Below, in pieces: positions 54,543-64,000 of a stretch of 64,000 bases of DNA. This DNA is from Octopus sinensis. Lineage: Eukaryota. Below the pieces are notes generated by a model. It was not told where the DNA came from. It did no database searches and worked only from the letters and a program-made list of their open reading frames with translations. Location: positions 55,552,001 through 55,616,000 of the forward strand of contig NC_043000.1 in NCBI RefSeq assembly GCF_006345805.1. The letters are read 5' to 3'. A program made the position numbers and the translations under genes. Position 1 is the stretch's first letter. Every line of letters starts with the position of its first letter.

Positions 54543-57500
54543 GTATTTGAGCAGTCCCAAGCAGTGCTGTTTTCTTCAATTGCTCTACTCTTATTTCAAC
54601 ATCTGTTTAATTTATTCCATGTACTTCTCAACATTTTAAATCACTGTTCTCTGTGTTCGGACAATTAATTTTACTACTACCATCTTTTTCAGCGACCACA
54701 TCTGCTTAAACTCCCAAGCTAACCTGTCATATCTCTCGACTGTTCTTCCTTCCTTATCGCATACCTTGTCAGCTGGTTTCCTATTCTCTATCTCATGGTC
54801 GCACTGAATCATAAAATCCCATAGGATCTTTTCAGTATCATTTTCGATGATGCCTTCGGGTTTAAGTTCATACCACATTTTTTTCCTGTCAAGTCCATAC
54901 TTGTTGCAAATTTTCCAATGGACAATCCATTCTATATTGCCATGACATCTCTTATATTCTTTCTGTGCTAGTGGCGTACGTCGACTGGTAATATGTGATA
55001 CGGTTTCACAATTTTGTCCACAAAGTCTGCACTTATCACTTTCTGGTGTTTTTTTTATTCTGCCTTTGATGCAATTGGTTCTCAATGCTTACTGTTGGGC
55101 AGCACATATTAGAGCCTCCATATCCGGTTTTAAATCACTTTTAGTCATCTTCAACAACCCTATGAAATTGTTCATGCATTCTTTTCTTTCTCCACATATT
55201 TCCAGTTTCATTCATTCTTAAGTCCTTGTACACTGCTTTATCTTTCCGATTTTCCATCCTACATAATCCTGATCTTCTTACTTCCAATAATAGTGGTTCT
55301 CTGTCATTTTTTGCATACCATGCTATGTTGTTTTCTTCTAACGCTGTGTTCGCATCCAGTCAGTCCTCTAAGTAGTGAAACCGCCCAGGTGCTGATAGCT
55401 TCAATCTTATTCCGTCCATTTGATTTCGATTTAAGGATCATTCTCATTCTGAACAAGTTCTCTGCCTTAAATTTTCTTGTCATTTCTTTCTCCAACAATT
55501 TATGCATTTCCAATATCCCCAAGTACTTATAGCCCGTCTCTTCTATCTGCTTCATAACCTGCCCCGATGGTATCGCTAGCCCATCCACACATTTGATTTT
55601 GCCTCGCTTCAAAACTAACACACCCCACTTTTTCAGTCCGAAATCCATTCTGATATCAGCACTGAAATTATACACCGTATCAACGAGGGAACTGACTTGG
55701 GATTCATCCTTGCCATAAAGTTTGAAGTCATCCATGAATAACAAGCGGCTGACTTTTTGTTGGCAGCTTTTTAATACATAACCGGCCTTTGCTTTCCTCA
55801 GAATAAGTATTAGTGGTATCAGGCACAGTACAAAGATCAGTTGAGAAAGGCAGTCCCCTTGGAAGATGCCTCTACTGATTTCTATTTTCCCTAAACTTCT
55901 TCCATATGCTGCCAGTTCTGTCCACCACTTCGCCATACTTTTTCTAAGCAATCGCTCAACATTCAATGCAATACAAAATACGATCATACATTCCACAATC
56001 CAAGAATGTGGGATCATATCGTACGCCTTACGATAGCCGATCCATGATATAGCTAGGTTAATTTTCCTCCTCTTACATTCTTTAAGTACAGTTTTGTCTA
56101 CTTGTTGATCCTTGGTACCTCTGCACTTACGCTTGCAACCCTTCTGGCAGGACTCCATTTTTCCAGATGTCAGTACATTGACTCTGGAGATTATTCCAGA
56201 AATAAATAATTTCCACATAAGTGGCAAGCAGGATACCGGCCTGTAATTGTCTACCGTATTGCTTTTTTCAATGTTTATCAAGCACAGCACTGTCCTACGC
56301 ATTGTCAATCACTCTGGTGTTATTTGGTCGGCATTGAATTGTGCAGCTATTCGGGCATGATATTCAACAAAAACTTTTATCTAGTAGCCTTGAACTCCAT
56401 CTGGTCCCGGGGCATTTTGTTTTTGCTGATTTCCTTCAATTCCCTTACTGAAATGACTAGTTCTGTCTGTTTTGAAGAGACTACTGTTTGTTTCAGTTCC
56501 TGCAATCATTCAGTATCCTTCTTGTGCTCCTTGTCTTTGCTCCAGATGTCACTCCAAAATCTTTGACTTTCGATGTTATCTGGTCTCAATTTTTCATCTG
56601 AACAATTTCCATTCATTTCATTATAGAATCTCTTCTGATCTACTCTGAATAATCTATTATGCTGGTATCCTTTCATTCTGTGGTCGTATCTTACCATATT
56701 TGCCTTCTTTGCAACGAGGCGCTGTTTTAGTACCTCCATTACCAATTTTAATCCCTTTCTTTTAATATTTCCTATCCAGTGCCCGGTAATTTTCTTTGCT
56801 TTTAAGCACCCACTTCTCTTTTCGGTCTAACACAGAAATGTCCTTTCAGAGCATATCTGATAACCTCGCCTGAATTCTTCTTTTCCACCATGGATATTTC
56901 CTTCTGTCACTCCCATTATATTTCTGTTTCTTGGCATCAACACGTACATTATCGGCTACAACAATACTTGATGCCTTGATCAAAATGTTTGTTTCTTTGA
57001 TGTTTTTGTTCTGATGCATTTCAGAATTTCATTGGCATTTTTCGTTTCTTTGTTCAATTTCCATCGATCAAACTTTTCAAGATTGCAAATAATGTTGCTA
57101 TCGTTCTCCTGTAGTCTTACCTTTATTCAGTCGTAGATTGCCTTTTGTTCATCTGTCATGTCCCCATTAGTTTTATTGTCTTCTTTTAGATCATCTATAT
57201 GTCTCTCATCAAGTAAACTACCACTACCCCTTTCCTGTGCTATGGGATTACACTTATTAGTAAGAACTCTATCTTCATTGTTGCCTCTGCTGCTATTTTC
57301 CATGACCCGTCTTTTGATAGCTTTGAACTCTACTTCTGTGAACCAACAATTTTTTTCTTATTGCTCTAGCTTGATCACATAGTCTTTGTTCCGTGAGTTG
57401 AAACTATCCCTTTTCTCTCCAATGATTATACATACGTTATCAGTAACCCCTAATTTGAGTGCCATTTTCATTTACCGGGCTACTCAGGTAGTAACACTCC

Positions 57501-57733
57501 ATGACCACAGCATTAATTTGCTTGCTCCATCTACGCCGTGTGTGGTGGTCCCTTTCTGGATATCGACAGGCTGGAGCCACACCAGAATCTCTGAGCCTAC
57601 CGGGTGTACCACTGTCGCCATCATTGGTTTCAGTTTCATTCCCACCGTTATTCACAATATTTTGTTTTTGCATTGTCACTCATATGAGGTAACGATTATC
57701 AGGTTGCGCAATTACCAGGTCAGAGCAACGAAA
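54543..57733 (-). mobile_element. R4/Dong-clade non-LTR retrotransposon (RT + restriction-like endonuclease), full span but decayed
   Basis: N-terminal RRRWSKQIN..VMECYYLS.P...RGY; RT motifs NYRPVSCLPLMWKL, KAYDMIPHSW, RGIFQGDCLSQL, LLFMDD, YKYLG; C-terminal CRLCG...ETVSHI, LAQKEYKR.H, KILWDF.IQCD..I..RKP. The 5' end abuts (TAA)n(TGA)n. Confidence 0.9.
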
Positions 57734-57797
57734 TTATTGTTATCATTATCATCATCATCATCATCATCATCATCATTATTATTATTATTATTATTAT
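57734..57797. repeat. (ATC)n(ATT)n trinucleotide tract at the 5' junction of the R4/Dong element
   Basis: Directly visible. Confidence 0.95.
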
Positions 57798-59170
57798 AAA
57801 ATTTAGCACCAATGGAGTACTTGGCTTTGAAATCGACTGACCTTCTCTAAAAATTGCTGCTGTTGTGCCTTCCTTACAAACTATAATTACAGTTTGTAAT
57901 TCGGTCGAGATCGAATTTACCCTTCATCTTTTCTGGTTCAAAAAGATGAAAATTATTACCAGATGAAGACTAGAGTTGATTCAATCTAATTAACCCCAAA
58001 TCCTAAAGTTGGTGGGCATGTACCAAAATTTATAACCATCATCATATTTCAGAATGATTTATTTTGTAAAGGCCAGATAAAGATATATGGCGTTCAAATT
58101 TTACAATATATATGCTGAAAAATGAACATATATATATTTACTTTCCTACAAGGAAACACACGTACACACATGACACTGAGTGCATTATAAATATCTGGAT
58201 TTATTAATCATTTTTCCTTCTGATATGTGTGTGTATGTGTGTGTGTGCGGGTTTGAATATACTATTCTTTTGGTGGGGTTTCAGTGTCAATTCACTTACG
58301 TGCTTTCATTTTTGGTTATTGAAAATTAGACCTTACTTTCATTTTTCACAAACTCTTGGGTAAATAATAGCTGTGATTAACTGCTAGATATTTTGTGAAA
58401 ATTAAGCGATATTAACAAAATCGAATACTATGTGTCAGTATTTGTATGTGTGTGTGAATAACGGCGACTCGAAAACTAGCTGTCTCACAATCGTCAGTTA
58501 ATGAAGCGCGAGTTAGATAAATGAGACTCTACAGCGAAATGCAGAGATTTTTGTCACTTTATAAGTTAGACAACCAACAATGGTGAGAACATCATCGGCA
58601 ATAGAGAGTGGGGATGTTTATAACAGCACTAAATTGAATACGATGAACATTAAGATAAGAAAATTGTACTTTAAGAAATGCTATTACAAGTATGAAAAGT
58701 TGACCTACATACGATGTACTTTTTGTAACAATTATTTTCGAAGTAATATAATTCTAACAACATAGCAATAATAAAATTTTACACGTAAGTATGATTAGAC
58801 TTAGTATTTTGGAAGACAGTAAGAAGGCTTCAGGCTGCAATAACTTTATAATAAAATTGTTAGCTTGTTGTCAATGAAAACGATACAAAATAACTGACAA
58901 ACGAAAATTATATAAAGAATCACAATTAGAAAGAGTTTTCTTCAAAACACAACATACAAAACATGTATTTTCATAATAAAATGGTGGAGTGAAGACGATC
59001 CATGTCTGATATTTTACTTAGGTTTTAACAATGCACTGCTGATAAAATATCGATTAAACACTTCTAAAATTATGTAATAGAACGAATTGCTCACGCTATT
59101 GTCCTTGTTAATAATTATATAAAAGGGTGTGTGTGTATGTGTATGTATGTGTGTGTGTAAGTGTGTGTGT

Positions 59171-59380
59171 AGGTTAGCGAGCTGGCACAATCAGTAGCAC
59201 GGCGAGCAAAATGCTTAGCGGCATTTCATCCGTCTTTACGTTCTGAGTTCAAATCCACCGAGATCGACGGTCTTTCATCCGTTTGGGAGTCGATAGAATA
59301 ATTGCAAGTCGAGTACTAGGCTCGAGTACTTAACTCCATCCCCAAATTCCTGGCCTTGTGCCAAAATCTGAAACCAATAA
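59171..59380 (+). mobile_element. SINE family A copy
   Basis: agcgagctggcacaatcagtagcac..aaatgcttagcggcatttc..ttacgttctgagttcaaat...ggccttgtgccaaaatctgaaacc. Confidence 0.85.
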
Positions 59381-59413
59381 TTATATGTGTTTGTACGGGT
59401 GTGTATGCACATA

Positions 59414-59565
<152 letters not shown>

Positions 59566-60099
59566 ATTCTTCTGACAATATGTAGCCAAGAACAACTGGA
59601 AAATTGCGTATTGCTATTTCTGCAACAGAAATGTAGCTGAACATCTGCTAATATAACCATGGATAGAAGATCGAGTTTTTATATAACACCTCCTAAAAGT
59701 AGCGAATAGTGAATCTGCGTCTTTAGGGTGCAGAAGAGAATTGATAATTGCCAGTTGTCTAATTAACGTCACCACTGATTATAATTTGTGGTCTTATTAA
59801 ATGCCAGAGTGTCAGTTTCTCGTGGCAGGACACAGGGGAGTTATTTGTAGCGAAAGCATATGTGCGTTTAAAATCTATTACAGCATATTGCTAATGCTAA
59901 TTATAGTCACCCCAGAACGTTTAGGAGAAGAAATATGAATGTTGACCCCAGAAGAATTGGATGTCAAACCATGGATGAACGAAAGAGAATAATACATTAA
60001 ATAATTTAATATATAATGCAGATTGCTATGTTGATTTCATTGGACTACAGTGATAACGCATTTCGCAGAGAGTGGAATATAATCTCCGAGCATCGAACA

Positions 60100-60133
<34 letters not shown>

Positions 60134-60148
60134 TTATATACTATATAC

Positions 60149-60219
<71 letters not shown>

Positions 60220-61178
60220 GTGTGTGTATTATTGATTATTAATTGTAATAATTCTTTCGGTATGTGAGAAATTTCTTGACTTGTTTATGCATTACTAGTT
60301 CTCATCAGCGTAGATGGTTTAGCAATTTTTTCGTTTGCTAAGCCAGAATTATCTTTCAAAGTTGATCCGAATAGTGATCTGCGTGAGTTCTTCATGTTCC
60401 ATTATCTCCTATGCTCCTAAAATGTGGCGGATTTTTGCAAGCACGACAGACCATTGTGAACACTTCTTATAACAACACTTTTTATAACAAAACTACACGG
60501 CTGTCGAGATGAAGTGATGATTATGATTTTCTCCCTCTCTCTTCATCTCTCGCTTTATAATAAATGCATATGCGTTACCACACACACATATGAATATATG
60601 TATGTTAGTATTTATGTATATACATAAGGATGGAAGAACAACATGCTTCGAGAATTCTAGGTGTTCTCTGACTACATTATTACAGCATTTTAGTTCTTAT
60701 TTCTAGCAATTTAGGTGTTTCTAACACCCTAGTCACATTTAGTGATGATTATATTGTTCCTTTATGGTGAAACATTGCAAACCAAAATGCTATCTACATT
60801 AATTCTATTTGTGTGTGTGTGTGTGTGTGTGGTGTGTGTGTGTGTGTGTGTGTCCATGTACGAATGTATTCCTTGTTAAACCGTTAATTGCGACACATTT
60901 TTAACTCACCCCGTTTTTCTTTGATTCATTCTCTCTTTTTTTTTTTGCGTTTCGACACTTTGTATCGAAGAGCCTAGGCCTGAAACGTCAAAGACGTTTC
61001 CATTCTTCCCGAGAGTTTAGCTAATACATCTGTTTGTTGTTCCCTCACCTGCCCTTGTCTTTTGTACTCTGTGCATTGTAGCCACAAACAAATCGATAGA
61101 TAAATAGATAGACAACAGGCAGACAGATATATAAATGTGCATATATATATATATATTCATTAAGTGAATGATAGAGAA

Positions 61179-61218
<40 letters not shown>

Positions 61219-61865
61219 AAGTCGGGAAAGAGCGGAAAAGGAGATAAACTTGAGGTCGTGTTCAAATATAATTTCATAATATTTACAGAAGTCATACTGA
61301 ACTGACTGTAAAATTGAATTCTACTTATTATAGCCAACATGGCTCATTTTGATTCTGACATTTCCAAGCAGTAATCACGAAATACTTCTGAAAACACCTT
61401 GTACCGTATGCATTATCATACGAAACAAAATCACTATTTGAAGGTTGAAGCACCAATAATTTTGCTTAGCTTATAGATGTGTATCATTAAGACACTCGAC
61501 ATTAGAAATCTTAAAATGCCAACGTTGTTTACGAAGAGATGTTCTGTTCAGTGATATTAAGAGTACGTAAAAGTTTGCGTAAACATTCATGTTGGCGTAA
61601 TAGTAAACTGGTGTATCGCATAATAAGCCATACCGAACAGTTAATTCTACATAAGAACGTTTCCAGATTTATTCAAATATTTCAAGAACTATATATGTAT
61701 ATAGGTATGTATTTCTCCCATTCACTCTCTCTCTCTCTCTCTCTCTGTATATATATATATATATGCACGTGTATGCATGTGTGTGGGTACATACACAAAC
61801 ACAGACACACATATACAAAACATATATACATACATATATATATTTATGTGTGTGTGTGCGTGTGC

Positions 61866-61886
61866 AGATAGATAGATAGATAGATG

Positions 61887-61949
<63 letters not shown>

Positions 61950-61954
61950 GGATG

Positions 61955-62020
<66 letters not shown>

Positions 62021-62050
62021 CAGACAGGCAGACAGATAGCCAAACAGACA
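61866..62050. repeat. (GATA)n tetranucleotide microsatellite
   Basis: Directly visible long GATA run ending in GACA variants. Confidence 0.97.
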
Positions 62051-62203
62051 GATAAATAAATAGGTGTTTCATTTTCTACAAATAATCAAATTTTTGCCCT
62101 TGCAGACCACCAGCATTTGCATAGGCTCTCATATAACTGGTGTGTGTGTGTCTTTGACTGTGTTCTTGTGTTCTTATATTTTCGAGCAGGGGATTATATA
62201 TTT

Positions 62204-62312
62204 TCGAACAGGAGTTCAGCAGCGCCGTCTAGCCGAGTAGCTACTCTGTGCTGAGAAAGGGTCGACAGATGTTGCTTTGTGCTGGATAGGGGTGCTGAGC
62301 TCCGCTGTTCGA
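62204..62312 (+). ncRNA. Candidate structured RNA hairpin (pre-miRNA-like)
   Basis: GC-rich island. TCGAACAG/CTGTTCGA, GAGTTCAGC/GCTGAGCTC, GTCTAGC/GCTGGAT, CGAGTAGC/GTTGCTTTG and TCTG/CAGA stack into one ~109-nt stem with many G-U pairs. Confidence 0.4.
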
Positions 62313-64000
62313 GTATGTGTATGCATTTTCTCTACTAATATCATGAGGTACAAATAACCATGCTAGAAGCTGTCTAGACAAATAAAATAGAAGAGCAGCA
62401 TAGTGTTTCAAACCTAAGAAAGTAAAGACAAAATTCAAAATTTGTTGACAGATATGTAACAACGACACTAACTTTATCTCAGCATGATATGCGTTGGTTG
62501 ACCAACTAATTCCTCTACAACTATTCGGGTTGTAAACCCTAAAACACACGGATATTTATGCTTACACAAATATTTACGTATTCTATACAAAGACTTGTCT
62601 TGAATCCAACTCATTTAAATTCAACACATCTCTTCACATAATTATATCAACGTTTAATTGAAACTTAAAAGTTAGATGATGCCTGACAGCAAACCAAAGT
62701 AATTCTTCGCCCAGTGACTGTTTATCAACTTACACTCTACAAATACATATATTCTCATCTATTCTCCCACCCCTATACATCTACTTCCTGAACCTAAACA
62801 AAATCTGTGGAGCACATTTGTGTTTGTATATATCAAATATCAACCAGATACAGCTGACGAATACCTACACATGTGTGCCCTAACGAATTCCTTTCCCTAT
62901 AACTTTCAGAAACTTGGATATCTTTAATGAAATCTTCTACAAATATACTTCAGATGGTGTACATTAGGATTATATTGGAATTTGTTGTGATGATATATTT
63001 TTGGAAAAAAATAATATAACTGTGAGTATGATTGTGTGCTATCCCACCAAATTTTATGTGCGTATTAAATTCTGATATAATCGGAACATAAGCACTCTCA
63101 AATATATTTCTCGAAAACTTTATTTAATAACATCTACTTTTCTATAAGGTAAGAAATCCGATCCAAGTGAATTGTCTGAATCTCTTCTCTCACCTCTTCG
63201 AAAACATTTTTTTCACAACAAATTCAGATGTAACTGGAATCTACTCTATTTGAAGCATATTTGTAGAAAATATCATTGAAAAATATTCATTTCTGAGGAA
63301 GTTACAACAAAATAAATGCAGTGTGGCGTTTTTGTTTATAAAAGCCTGTTTCTTTAACATAAGTAATACTAACATTACTTTACTATTATATATCAGCATA
63401 TCAGCTTGCTTTGCTTAACTCTCATTTTATAAGTAACAGTATTTAATTATGTAACTGCATGTTATATATAAGCAAACAATAAACCTCTTTCATTCGATTT
63501 GCATCAAAAGAGTGTCAATAAGGCGGTTGAGATGGGCTCCACTTTTGATGAGACATAAACATAAATAAGATCACTGTATTCATGATAATATTAAGTCTAC
63601 TAACGCAAAATAACTGTATCAAATATGTATCGTAGCGTGTATATATATTTATGTCATATTAAAATTTATCGGTAGTATTTACGAAGTAATTTTTCATTGC
63701 TTTGTAAATGCACGTTCTTTCAGCATAATTGCATTTCAACTCATAGCTCTGCTTCACGTTTTCCATTATTGATGTTAGAGTTTCATTCATGCTGCATGTC
63801 ATGCTAGCATTCTTTCCACATGCCATATGTATATTTGCGAATATATAATACAATGGTAGCAAATCAATGTAAAACATGCTATCTTAAAGATAGAATGTTC
63901 GCACTAGTACCCATTCATACACATACACGCTGAAGGAATATATCTTTTATATTAATGAAAATTTTGGTTCCTACAAATAATTGACGATCGCTGTCACTTA

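Overview
AT-rich, microsatellite-dense, repeat-dominated eukaryotic DNA. The SINE families and simple-repeat load suggest an Octopus-like coleoid cephalopod; this rests on recall and cannot be verified here. No intact conserved host gene is recognisable. The window holds decayed transposons: three mariner copies, a Merlin transposase relic, two Helitron pieces, two Penelope-like (RT/GIY-YIG) fragments, a near-complete RTE LINE inside a (TA)n tract, a full-span R4/Dong-type LINE next to (TAA)n/(TGA)n, a possible LINE ORF1 fragment and many tRNA-type SINEs. The main finding is at 12823-15092: about 2.97 near-identical head-to-tail 545-bp units, then a fold-back inversion of about 1.2 units, flanked by (TA)n on both sides. 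Each complete unit carries a minimal type I hammerhead ribozyme motif, which is the architecture of a non-LTR retrozyme or circRNA-templated insertion. A second fold-back element with a decayed hammerhead abuts it. Other leads are a 109-nt G-U-rich hairpin (62204-62312), a putative micro-exon gene encoding a signal-peptide-like N-terminus (1682-2273), a diverged duplicated GATA/TATA block and a possible C-type lectin pseudogene.
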